Source: Candidatus Methylomirabilales bacterium
Lineage (GTDB): Bacteria > Methylomirabilota > Methylomirabilia > Methylomirabilales > CSP1-5
Direction of reading: 5' to 3'
DNA length: 61,461 bases
NCBI GenBank assembly: GCA_046758505.1
Contig: JBHIAH010000009.1
Location: forward strand, 1-61,461
Shown here in pieces: positions 26,944 through 35,857 of the stretch (position 1 is its first letter; each line of letters starts with the position of its first letter). The notes beneath the pieces are model-generated. The model was not told the DNA's origin and did no database searches. It was given only the letters and a program-made list of their open reading frames with translations. The position numbers were made by a program, and so were the translations under genes.

Positions 26944-27159
26944 GATCCAACTCCCTGTATTCTGTGTGCTTCCTCACAACGCCCGCCCACATTATACGGG
27001 CTCGGCGCGGACCGGCACAAACACAAAGCACCGGGGAGCCTGTGGGGCCCGCCCGGTGCTTTGGGATTGTGGGAGTATCCCGTTCCCTCTTCGTCCATCC
27101 TGCCCGTCCCCGTATCCCCCTAAGCTACGATGCCCGCTACTCTATTCCCCTCCGGCCCC

Positions 27160-27360
27160 TGTGTCAACCCTTCGACGAGTCCCCCCGTCATCGTGGTAAG
27201 CGCGTTTGTCAGACCCTGATCCGCCCTCACCTTGTCGTGGAGCCGGCGTATCGCCAGAGCGATGCTCGCGTAATCCCCCACCTTGAGTACCCCGGCGGTT
27301 TCCTTCAAGCGATAGCCACCGGGTCGGCGGCCGAGCGCCGTCTCCAGACCCAGGAGGGCG
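27160..27360 (-). pseudogene. Remnant of a RAYT C-terminal HTH domain
   Basis: GYRLKETAGVLKVGDYASIALAIRRL resembles GLPLREIAALFGIPAYTTVSMACARV of the transposase at 5913-6890. Confidence 0.55.
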
Positions 27361-27488
27361 TTCGCCTTGCACGCATGTCGCATCGCGTTGTATCTGGACC
27401 CGGGTTTTTTCTTGACAGGTGAAAATCGCTGTGTTAAGAAAACCGTGTTTCTTTTTGACACCTCAGATAGGCGGCCCCCATCTCTGAC

Positions 27489-27563
27489 ATGCACATGTGG
27501 TTTCAGTCTTCCATCGTGGTAGTAGGCTTTGGTGGCTTCTGCCCCCGCTGGGGTGGCTGCTAA
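27489..27563 (+). CDS. Putative attenuator leader peptide MHMWFQSSIVVVGFGGFCPRWGGC
   Basis: ATC GTG GTA GTA run followed by alternative hairpins and a terminator; SD is weak. Confidence 0.5.
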   Translation: MHMWFQSSIVVVGFGGFCPRWGGC

Positions 27564-27587
27564 AGCGTCATTCCCAGCCGTCTGTGA

Positions 27588-27630
27588 AGCCACGGGGGCA
27601 GACGTTACGGTCCCCGTGGCTCTTTTTTTT
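27588..27630 (+). terminator. Intrinsic terminator in the 5' leader of the acyl-CoA dehydrogenase operon
   Basis: AGCCACGGGG/CCCCGTGGCT stem plus T8. Confidence 0.85.
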
Positions 27631-27675
27631 GGTGCATGAGGCGCGACCCCTGAAGGGCGAAGGAGCCAGGAAGCG

Positions 27676-28833
27676 ATGCTGAGCGAACTGCATGAAGAGC
27701 TTCGCCGGTCAGTCCGGGACTTCGTGGCGAAGGAGGTACTCCCGATCGCCGACGTGCTCGACCGGGAGGAGAAAGACATTCCCGACGAGATCATCACGCA
27801 GATGGCGGAGCTGGGCTACTTTGGCCTGGTGTTTCCGGCGGAAGGGGGAGGGGTCGGTCTCGATCACCTGGCGCTGGCCGTCGTGTCGGAGGAGCTCTCC
27901 CGGGGGTGGCTGAGCGTCGGGAGTGTCCTCACCAGAAACCTGATCACCGGCATGCTGATCCAGACCCACGGGACGGCGGAGCAGAAGCAACGGTATCTGC
28001 CGGGAATTGCCTCGGGGGAACTTCTCTCGGCCGCTGCCTTCACCGAGCCGGATGCGGGTTCCGACACGGCGGCGATCAGGGCTCGCGCCCGGCGGGACGG
28101 CGACCGCTATCTGATCACCGGGGCCAAGACGTGGTGCACCTTTGCCAACCGCGCCCGGATTCTCACGGTGTTGGCGAGGACCGATCCCGACCCGGCAAAA
28201 CGCCACAAGGGGCTCAGCCTCTTCCTGGTCGAGAAGGAGCCCGGGGAGGCATTTGATCCCCCACGGATCGCCGGCGAACCGATTCCGACGGTCGGGTATC
28301 ACGGCATGCATTGCTACACCCTCGGGTTTCAGGAGTGCCCCGTGCCGGCCGAGAACCTGATCGGGGGGACCGAGAACAGGGGTTTCTATCAGCTCATGGC
28401 GGCGTACGAGTCTGCGAGAATCCAGACGGCGGCCCGGGCCGTCGGCGTGGCGCAGGGGGCGTTCGACCTGGCGGTGAAATACGCGCGGGAGCGGCACCAG
28501 TTCGGGCAGCCGATATCCAACTTTCAGGCGATCCGGCACAAGTTGGCCGACATGGCCACGGAGATCCAGGCGGGGAGACAGCTCACCCACTACGCGGCAA
28601 CAATGAAGGATACGGGCCGCCGGTGCGACCTGGAGGCCGGGATGGCCAAACTCTTCGCTGCCGACATGGTGGAGCGGGTCGCCTCTGAGGCCTTGCAGAT
28701 CCACGGGGGGTACGGGTATTCCAAGGAGTATTCCATTCAGCGCTACTGGCGGGACGCCAGGCTGTTCCGGGTCTTCGAGGGGACCAGCGAGATTCAGCGC
28801 GAGGTCATCGGCAAGCGACTGGTCGAAGGGTAG
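27676..28833 (+). CDS. Acyl-CoA dehydrogenase (methylsuccinyl-CoA dehydrogenase-like motifs)
   Basis: EELSRG..VGS..TR, FTEPDAGSD, ESARIQTAARA, QIHGGYGY, FEGTSEIQ. Confidence 0.92.
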   Translation: MLSELHEELRRSVRDFVAKEVLPIADVLDREEKDIPDEIITQMAELGYFGLVFPAEGGGVGLDHLALAVVSEELSRGWLSVGSVLTRNLITGMLIQTHGTAEQKQRYLPGIASGELLSAAAFTEPDAGSDTAAIRARARRDGDRYLITGAKTWCTFANRARILTVLARTDPDPAKRHKGLSLFLVEKEPGEAFDPPRIAGEPIPTVGYHGMHCYTLGFQECPVPAENLIGGTENRGFYQLMAAYESARIQTAARAVGVAQGAFDLAVKYARERHQFGQPISNFQAIRHKLADMATEIQAGRQLTHYAATMKDTGRRCDLEAGMAKLFAADMVERVASEALQIHGGYGYSKEYSIQRYWRDARLFRVFEGTSEIQREVIGKRLVEG

Positions 28834-28893
28834 CCCTTACGTATGCGTCGAAGGACGCGTCCACGCCCTTCCAGGGGAGGAAGCATTTTCAGG

Positions 28894-30564
28894 ATGAACA
28901 AGAAGGAAAAGGATATTGCCGACGCCATGAGAGCCTGGGAGGAGCAGGTCCTGAAACCTACCCTGGCGCGGCGCCAGGAGCGGGGGGAGTTTCATACCTC
29001 GTCGGGGATCCCGGTGAAGCGTCTGTATACCCCAGAGGATACCGCCGACCTCGACGCGCTGGCCGTCGTAGGGTTCCCCGGGCAGTATCCGTACACGCGG
29101 GGGATCTACCCCACGATGTACCGCAGTCAGCTCTGGTCGATGCGCCAGTATGCCGGAATGGGGACGGCCGAGGAGAGCAACGAGCGGTTCCGGTACCTGC
29201 TGAAGGAGGGACAGACCGGTTTGAGCGTGGCCTTTGACCTTCCCACTCAGATGGGTCTCGACTCGGACAATCCGCTGGGCGAGGGAGAGGTGGGACAGGT
29301 GGGGGTCGCCATCGACTCCCTGGCCGACATGGAGACCCTCTTTGATGGCATTCCGTTGGATCGGGTGACGACCTCGATGACCATCAACGCCCCGGCGGCG
29401 ATCCTGGTCGCCATGTATATCGCCGTGGGCGACCAGCAGCAGGTCCCTCGGGAGCGGCTGGCGGGCACCGTCCAGAACGACGTGCTCAAGGAGTATGTGG
29501 CGCGGGGGACCTACATCTTCCCCCCCGGCCCATCCCTCCGCCTGGCCGCCGATCTCATCGCGTACTGCGTGACGCATGTGCCCCGATGGAATCCCATCAG
29601 CATCAGCGGGTACCATATCCGTGATGCCGGTGCCTCCGCGGCCCAAGAGATGGGATTTACCCTGGCCAATGCCATCGCCTATATCGAGGCGGTGCGGCGG
29701 CGGGGTCTCGAAGTCGACGCCTTTGGCGCCCGCCTCTCGTGGATCTTCAACACCCACAACAACTTCTTCGAGGAGGTCGCCAAGTACCGGGCGTTACGCC
29801 GGATGTGGGCCCAACTCATGCGGGAGCGATTTGGAGCCACGGACCCTCGCACGTGGATGTTTCGGACCCATTCCCAGACGGGCGGCTCGACGCTGACGGC
29901 CCAGCAGCCGGAGAACAATATTATTCGGGCGGCCCTGCAGGCCCTGGCGGCGGTCCTGGGCGGGGTCCAGTCCCTGGCGCTGAGCTGCTTCGATGAGGCA
30001 TTGGCGATCCCGACCGAGGAGGCCCAACGCATCGCCCTGCGGACACAACAGATCATCGCCTGTGAAACCGGCGTGGTCGATACCGTGGATCCGCTGGGCG
30101 GATCCTATTACGTCGAAACCCTCACGGACCAGCTCGAGGAAAAGGCCCGGGGCATCCTCGCGGAGGTCGAGGCCATGGGGGGATCGGTCCCTGCCATCGA
30201 GCGGGGTCATATGCAGCGGGCCATCCAGGAGGAGGCGTACCGATTCCAGCGCGAGGTCGAAGAAGGGAAACGGATCATCGTGGGGGTGAACCGCTTTTGC
30301 GACAGCGAGCAGCATCGGACCCCGATCTTTCGTGTCAACCCCGAGGCGGCCGAGAACCAGAAGGCGAAGCTCAGTGCCCTCCGGGGTCGGCGCAGTCATC
30401 GGGCTGTCCGGCAGGCCCTGGTGCACCTCCGGCAGGGCGCCCTCGGCGAGGAGAACCTGATGGAGCCGATCGTGGACGCGGTGAAGGCGTACGCAACGAT
30501 CGGTGAGATCTGCGGTGTGCTTCGCGAGATCTTTGGGGAGTATAAGCCGCCGACGGGGCTCTAG
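28894..30564 (+). CDS. B12-dependent acyl-CoA mutase, large (substrate-binding) subunit, MCM family
   Basis: PYTRGIYPTMY, MRQYAG, AFDLPTQ, QNDVLKEY, ISISGYH; no B12-binding DxHxxG domain. Confidence 0.93.
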   Translation: MNKKEKDIADAMRAWEEQVLKPTLARRQERGEFHTSSGIPVKRLYTPEDTADLDALAVVGFPGQYPYTRGIYPTMYRSQLWSMRQYAGMGTAEESNERFRYLLKEGQTGLSVAFDLPTQMGLDSDNPLGEGEVGQVGVAIDSLADMETLFDGIPLDRVTTSMTINAPAAILVAMYIAVGDQQQVPRERLAGTVQNDVLKEYVARGTYIFPPGPSLRLAADLIAYCVTHVPRWNPISISGYHIRDAGASAAQEMGFTLANAIAYIEAVRRRGLEVDAFGARLSWIFNTHNNFFEEVAKYRALRRMWAQLMRERFGATDPRTWMFRTHSQTGGSTLTAQQPENNIIRAALQALAAVLGGVQSLALSCFDEALAIPTEEAQRIALRTQQIIACETGVVDTVDPLGGSYYVETLTDQLEEKARGILAEVEAMGGSVPAIERGHMQRAIQEEAYRFQREVEEGKRIIVGVNRFCDSEQHRTPIFRVNPEAAENQKAKLSALRGRRSHRAVRQALVHLRQGALGEENLMEPIVDAVKAYATIGEICGVLREIFGEYKPPTGL

Positions 30565-30610
30565 GAAGGGAGGCGTCCCGGGACCCCAATAAAGGCGAGG
30601 AGTGGAGCAT

Positions 30611-31801
30611 ATGGACGAGGCGGTGGTCGTCAGCGCAGTCAGGACGCCGGTCGGGAAATTTGGCGGAAGCTTGAAGGACATACCTGCGACCACGCTGGGG
30701 GCCCTGGTCATCGGTGAGGCCGTCAAGCGGGCCAACCTGGAGCCGGCGCAGGTCGAATGGGTGATCATGGGGACCGCCCTTCAGGCCACGCAGGGTTTGG
30801 GCCCGGCTCGGAAGGCAGCGCTGGAGGCGGGGCTTCCCCCCGAGGTCTCGACCTATGCCGTGAATAAGGCCAGTGGCTCGGGCATCGAGTCGGTGGGGCT
30901 GGCGGCCCAGGCGATCTGGGCGGGCACCGCCGATGTTGTCGTCGCCGGCGGCATGGAGAACATGAGCCAGGCCCCCTTTCTCCTCACCCAGACCCGCTGG
31001 GGGCATCGGGTAGGCTCCTTTGAGACCATCGATCACCTCATCCACGACGGCCTGACCTGCCCCGGGACATCGCATCGCATGGGTGTTCTTGCCGAGCTGA
31101 TGGCGGAGCGGTTTCGGATCAGTCGCGCAGAGCAGGATCAGTATGCTCTGCTAAGCCAGCAGCGCATGGCGGCGGCGGTCAAGGCGGGGAAATACAAGGA
31201 CGAGATTCTCCCGGTTTCCGTCGCTCGGCCGAGGGGGGAGCCGGTCGTCGTGGCCCAAGACGAGCACCCGCGGCCGGATACGACCCTGGAGGGGCTGGCC
31301 AAGCTGAAGCCGGCCTTCAAGGAAGGGGGGACGGTGACGGCCGGGAACTCCTCGGGGATCAATGACGCGGCGGGAGCCGTCGTTGTGATGTCCATGCGCA
31401 AGGCGAGGGCGCTGAGTCTGAAACCCTGGTTCGGCATTCGCGCCTGGGCCCAGGGAAACGTCGAGCCGGCCCTCATGGCGATGGCCCCAGTGCCGGCGAC
31501 CGAGCATGTGGTCTCCAAGGCGGGGCTCACGATGCCCGACATCGATCTCTTCGAGATCAACGAGGCCTTTGCGGTGAAGGTCATCGGTTGCGAGAGGAAA
31601 CTGGGCATCGATCGGGCAAAGATCAACGTCCACGGGGGATCGATCGCCATCGGCCATCCCATCGGGGCCTGTGGCACGAGGATCTTCATTACGCTGTTGC
31701 ACGCGCTGCAGGACCGGGGGTCGCGATACGGCGTCGCGACGATGGGGATCGGGGGCGGCGAGGGCAACGCCCTGCTCGTGGAGCGGCTCGACTCGCGGTA
31801 G
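30611..31801 (+). CDS. Thiolase-fold protein lacking both catalytic cysteines
   Basis: RTPVG, GGMENMS, NEAFA and GHPIGA present, but VNKASGSG and TMGIGGG replace the two Cys motifs. Confidence 0.9.
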   Translation: MDEAVVVSAVRTPVGKFGGSLKDIPATTLGALVIGEAVKRANLEPAQVEWVIMGTALQATQGLGPARKAALEAGLPPEVSTYAVNKASGSGIESVGLAAQAIWAGTADVVVAGGMENMSQAPFLLTQTRWGHRVGSFETIDHLIHDGLTCPGTSHRMGVLAELMAERFRISRAEQDQYALLSQQRMAAAVKAGKYKDEILPVSVARPRGEPVVVAQDEHPRPDTTLEGLAKLKPAFKEGGTVTAGNSSGINDAAGAVVVMSMRKARALSLKPWFGIRAWAQGNVEPALMAMAPVPATEHVVSKAGLTMPDIDLFEINEAFAVKVIGCERKLGIDRAKINVHGGSIAIGHPIGACGTRIFITLLHALQDRGSRYGVATMGIGGGEGNALLVERLDSR

Positions 31802-31876
31802 AGTGACGGTGGACGTGAACGCGGAGTGTCTTCACGGGTCCCGAGGGACCCGTGACGATTTCCGGAGGGCTGAGGG

Positions 31877-32944
31877 ATGGCGGAGAACCTGGAGCACAGG
31901 TTGGGGGAGGAGCTGAAGAAGGCCGAGCGTCGGGCCGAAAAGGCGATGGAGATGGCGCTGACGCCTCCCCAGGTCGAGGTGGGGGTGACCCCGCACGACG
32001 TGGTCTACCAGGAGAACAAGCTCCGGCTGCTCCACTACCATCCCGTGGCCGAGAAGGTCTCCCCCCTCCCCCTCCTCATGGTCCCGGCCATGATCAACCG
32101 GTACTACGTCCTGGATCTGAAACCGGGGCGGAGCCTCGTGGAGTATCTCCTCACCCGGGGGGTCGATGTCTACATGCTCGACTGGGGGATCCCGGGCCCG
32201 GAGGATCGGGCACTGACGTGGGATCACTACATTTCCGTCTACCTGCACAACGTGGTCCGGCAGGTGCGGAAGGAGTCCAGGGCGGAAGGGGTCTCCCTCC
32301 TGGGATACTGCATGGGGGGGACCATGACGGTGATCTACACCGCCCTCCATCCCGGCCTGGTCACGAATCTGATCACCCTGACGGCGCCGGTGAACTTCCA
32401 CGATGAGGGCCTGCTCAGCCTGTGGACCAAGAAAGAATACTTTAATGTGGACAAGATGGTGGACGTTTTGGGCAACGTTCCGCCCCATGTGATGCAGGGC
32501 GCCTTTATGATGCTCAGGCCGATGGGCCAGCTCTCTAAACTGGTGAACCTCGCCGAGAAGCTGGACGATGACGAGTTTGTGGATTTGTTCTTCGCCATCG
32601 AGACCTGGGTCAACGATAACGTCCCCTTCCCGGGGGAAGCCTTCCGGAAGTATGTCAAGGACTGCTACCAGGAGAACCTCCTCTGCCAGAACAGGTTGAA
32701 GGTCAACGGCCGACGCGTTGATCTCAAGAAGATTGCCTGCCCGCTCCTGATCATCGCTGCGGCAAAGGACCACATCTGCCCTCCGGACTCGGCGGCGGTC
32801 CTGCGGGACCTCGTGTCGAGTCACGATAAAGAGGCCCGCATCCTCCCCGGCGGCCACGTGGGGGTCGTGTCGGGGGGTGCGGCCTCGAGACACCTCTGGC
32901 CGAGCCTCGGGGATTGGCTCGCCGCCCGGTCCGACCGCGCGTGA
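31877..32944 (+). CDS. phaC: Class III-type PHA synthase PhaC
   Basis: INRYYVLDL, LGYCMGG lipase-like box, DHI, GGHVG; 355 aa. Confidence 0.92.
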   Translation: MAENLEHRLGEELKKAERRAEKAMEMALTPPQVEVGVTPHDVVYQENKLRLLHYHPVAEKVSPLPLLMVPAMINRYYVLDLKPGRSLVEYLLTRGVDVYMLDWGIPGPEDRALTWDHYISVYLHNVVRQVRKESRAEGVSLLGYCMGGTMTVIYTALHPGLVTNLITLTAPVNFHDEGLLSLWTKKEYFNVDKMVDVLGNVPPHVMQGAFMMLRPMGQLSKLVNLAEKLDDDEFVDLFFAIETWVNDNVPFPGEAFRKYVKDCYQENLLCQNRLKVNGRRVDLKKIACPLLIIAAAKDHICPPDSAAVLRDLVSSHDKEARILPGGHVGVVSGGAASRHLWPSLGDWLAARSDRA

Positions 32945-32987
32945 CGAAGCCGTAACGCCTGGGGTGCGGCGGCGCCCCCTTTCCGGG

Positions 32988-33335
32988 CTATTTCCTGTCG
33001 GCGGAGTGTGCGCGACCGTCCGACGTCCTCAGGAGACGATCCACCGCGGCCTTGAGGCCCTCCACGTCGCGCTGGAGGACTGCGATCGCCTCCAGAATCC
33101 TCCCCACATCCTGGGTGGAGGGGAGGCTCATCGCGCGGAGGTACGCGTGGATCCCCCTATCGAGCTGCTCCTTCATGGTGAGGGAATGTTCTAGGGCCTT
33201 CCCCATGCTGGTGAGGAAGGCCGGGTTGCGGAACAGGGTATCCATGTGCTCCGACATGAACTTTTCCCAGGCAGCAAAGGTCTCCATGGTGCGATTTCCC
33301 CCCTTCCCCCCCGCGTGCGCCTTCTCGTGTCCCAT
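32988..33335 (-). CDS. Small PhaE/PhaR-like PHA synthase subunit
   Basis: YLRAMSLPSTQDV..I...I..LQ coiled-coil motif; next to phaC; GGAGG SD (alternative start 33287). Confidence 0.65.
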   Translation of the reverse strand: MGHEKAHAGGKGGNRTMETFAAWEKFMSEHMDTLFRNPAFLTSMGKALEHSLTMKEQLDRGIHAYLRAMSLPSTQDVGRILEAIAVLQRDVEGLKAAVDRLLRTSDGRAHSADRK

Positions 33336-33352
33336 GTGTTCCCTCCGCTGTG

Positions 33353-33385
33353 AAAAAAGCCCCGTCCTCCGGACGGGGCTTTTTT
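33353..33385. terminator. Bidirectional-type intrinsic terminator
   Basis: AAAAAAGCCCCGTCC-TCC-GGACGGGGCTTTTT. Confidence 0.85.
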
Positions 33386-33400
33386 CAGCGCAGGCTCGTC

Positions 33401-33883
33401 TCAGCCCTTGAGGTTGTACAGATCCAAGATCTTTTCCGTGTAGGTCGTGGCCGTCTCCCGGGTTTCCCTCCCGGCCCGGTCCAGGAGATCCTGGACGGTT
33501 CCGGTGAACCGGGTGAGGGCCTCCACCTGGGCGTCCACCAGGCGGGCGACCTTTTCGCCCCCCTCCCAATAGAGGCTCATCGCCTTTTGGGGGATTCGCC
33601 CGGGGTCATTCGGAAGCTCCTGCGTTACCGCCCACTGCCGGTTCCAAAGCTCTTGGGCCTCTTCGGAGGCCCGGCGGATCGCCCCCTGGATGTTGCCGAG
33701 ATACTGGACTCCTTCCCGCGCAATGGCGGCGCTCACATCGACCGTCCGTCCCGACAGGTCCCGATTGGCGTCACTCGCCAGGGAGAATGCCTCGACCGCC
33801 TTATTGAGGGTTTCGTTTAAGGCCTCGTTGGTCTTGGTGGTGATCTCTGCTACGGACTCCCGTACCATCGCTGTTCCCTCCAT
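33401..33883 (-). CDS. Phasin-like helical protein
   Basis: Amphipathic Ala/Glu/Thr-rich 160 aa with its own strong promoter and terminator, inside the PHA cluster. Confidence 0.6.
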   Translation of the reverse strand: MEGTAMVRESVAEITTKTNEALNETLNKAVEAFSLASDANRDLSGRTVDVSAAIAREGVQYLGNIQGAIRRASEEAQELWNRQWAVTQELPNDPGRIPQKAMSLYWEGGEKVARLVDAQVEALTRFTGTVQDLLDRAGRETRETATTYTEKILDLYNLKG

Positions 33884-33952
33884 ACCCTTGTGCTCTCCGG
33901 TCCCACGCGTGCTTCCCAGCCAACCTGGGAAGACCAGGACCGCTCGTTGAAG

Positions 33953-33981
33953 AATATAACACGATGCGTTATACCTGTCAA
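33953..33981 (-). promoter_or_regulatory. Sigma70 promoter with overlapping palindromic operator
   Basis: TTGACA-17-TATATT containing TATAAC-GCATCGT-GTTATA. Confidence 0.8.
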
Positions 33982-34136
33982 GCCATCTTTGCGCTTTGCA
34001 TTAAAAAATAATGCGAGTGTTCAAGTTGCTGATATTGCGGGGAAATATGGCAAAATGTGGGGTATTTTATGGGCAGAACCGGCCGGTAACGCGGCGCGTT
34101 TTGGCCATGCCTGATTGCCGGCGACTGGCCGTGTGG

Positions 34137-34919
34137 CTACCGCCCCTTGAAGTGGGGCTGCCGCTTCTCGAGGAAGGCGGCGATCCCTTCTGTCCTGTCC
34201 TCGGTCCCAAAGCAGAGGGCGAAGGCCTGTGCCTCAAGGGCCAATCCACTTGTCAGTTCGGCCTCATGACCCTCATCGATCACCTTCTTGGCCACCTCGA
34301 GGGCCACCGCACCCTTGCCGATCACCTGCTGGGCGAATTTCCTCACCGCCGGTATGAGCTCGTCAGCCGGGAAGACCTTGTTCGCGAGGCCGATCCGGTA
34401 GGCCTCCTGGGCGTCGATGATCTCTCCGGTGTATATCAGTTCTTTCGCTCGCGGCTTGCCGATGAGGCGGGAGAGGCGTTGCGTGCCGCCCCCCCCAGGG
34501 ATGAATCCCAGATTGATCTCCGGCTGGCCGAACCGGGCCCGATCCGAGGCAAAGATCAGGTCGCAGGCGAGGGCCAGCTCGCACCCGGCTCCCAGACAAA
34601 AGCCATTGACGGCTGCGATGACCGGCTTCTTGAGGCGCTCGATCCGGTTGAAGAGTGCCTGAAAGGCCTGGGAGGAGTGCAGGGCCTCCAGGGGGCTCAT
34701 CTGCTGGAACTCGGTGATGTCGGCCCCTGCGGCGAAGGCCTTCTCCGCTGCCCCGGTCAGAACCACCACCCGGACATCGGGGTCTTGCTCGGCCTGGTCC
34801 AACACCGGGGCAAGCTCCTGGAGCATGATCCGATTCATCGCATTGAGCGCCTTGGGACGATTCAGGGTGATGAGGGCGACCCTCTCCGTGACCTCGTACC
34901 TGAGCGTCTGAAGCTCCAT
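34137..34919 (-). CDS. crt: Enoyl-CoA hydratase (crotonase)
   Basis: LNRPKALNA, AFAAGADI, GCELALACD, FGQPEINLG..PG.GGTQRL. Confidence 0.95.
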   Translation of the reverse strand: MELQTLRYEVTERVALITLNRPKALNAMNRIMLQELAPVLDQAEQDPDVRVVVLTGAAEKAFAAGADITEFQQMSPLEALHSSQAFQALFNRIERLKKPVIAAVNGFCLGAGCELALACDLIFASDRARFGQPEINLGFIPGGGGTQRLSRLIGKPRAKELIYTGEIIDAQEAYRIGLANKVFPADELIPAVRKFAQQVIGKGAVALEVAKKVIDEGHEAELTSGLALEAQAFALCFGTEDRTEGIAAFLEKRQPHFKGR

Positions 34920-34922
34920 CGC

Positions 34923-35789
34923 TTATCCCTTTCTCGTCTGTTCGTACGCGTAAAAGCCCCGGCCCGTCTTCTGACCGAGGAAGCCTGCATCCACCATACG
35001 CACCAAGAGAGGACAGGGGCGGTACTTTGGTTCCCCGAAACCATCGCACAGGGTCCGCATGATTGCCAGGCAGACGTCGAGGCCGACCAGATCAGCCAAG
35101 GCCAGAGGGCCCATCGGGTGGTTCGCCCCGAGCTTCATCACATTGTCGATGGCCTCGGCGGTTCCGACCCCCTCCATCAGTGCGTAGATCGCCTCGTTGA
35201 TCATCGGCAGGAGGATGCGATTCGCAAGGAAACCCGGATAATCAGCCGCCTCCACGGCGGTCTTGCCTAATCGCTCGGCCAGGTGGTGGGTGGCGGCAAC
35301 CGTTGTGTCCTCGGTGGCGAAGCCCCGGATGATCTCGACCAACCGCATGACGGGAACGGGGTTGAAGAAGTGCATCCCGACGACCCGTGAAGGGGTGGAC
35401 GTGGCTGCCGCGATCTTGGTGATGGAGATGGACGATGTATTCGTGGCCAGGATCACTTCGGGTCTGCACACCCGATCGAGTTCATGAAAAACGCCCTTCT
35501 TGACCGCATAGTCTTCGGCGACCGCCTCGATCACAAAGTCGGCAGCGGCACAATCGGAAAGGGCAGTCGTCAGGGTGAGGTGTGTGAGCATCTCCTCCTT
35601 TTGTGTCTCGGTCAGCTTCCCCTTCTCGACGCCCTTGGTGAAGCCAAAGGCAATCTGGTTTCGGGCCTTGTCGAGAATATCCTTTGCCACATCCTCGATG
35701 AGGACCTGGAAGCCCCCCTGGAGAGCCACCTGAGCGATCCCGTGTCCCATAGTCCCCGCACCGACGACACCAATAACCTTGATCTCCAT
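34923..35789 (-). CDS. hbd: 3-hydroxybutyryl-CoA dehydrogenase
   Basis: GAGTMGHGIA, NTSSI, GMHFFNP, HPMGPL.LAD. Confidence 0.95.
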   Translation of the reverse strand: MEIKVIGVVGAGTMGHGIAQVALQGGFQVLIEDVAKDILDKARNQIAFGFTKGVEKGKLTETQKEEMLTHLTLTTALSDCAAADFVIEAVAEDYAVKKGVFHELDRVCRPEVILATNTSSISITKIAAATSTPSRVVGMHFFNPVPVMRLVEIIRGFATEDTTVAATHHLAERLGKTAVEAADYPGFLANRILLPMINEAIYALMEGVGTAEAIDNVMKLGANHPMGPLALADLVGLDVCLAIMRTLCDGFGEPKYRPCPLLVRMVDAGFLGQKTGRGFYAYEQTRKG

Positions 35790-35857
35790 CCCTCGATCCC
35801 TCCTTTCGGGGTCACATCTCGTTCGGGGTCCCGGCGTGGCGCAGTATCCTTCGCCCG

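Noticed and set aside
21880..27115. Possible CRISPR array or integron attC array
   Set aside because: Repeats are short, irregularly spaced and separated by whole genes; no cas or intI gene, and I could not find RYYYAAC...GTTRRRY attC boxes.
27480..27630. T-box riboswitch as an explanation for the leader terminator
   Set aside because: No AGGGTGGNACCGCG T-box sequence and not enough room for stem I.
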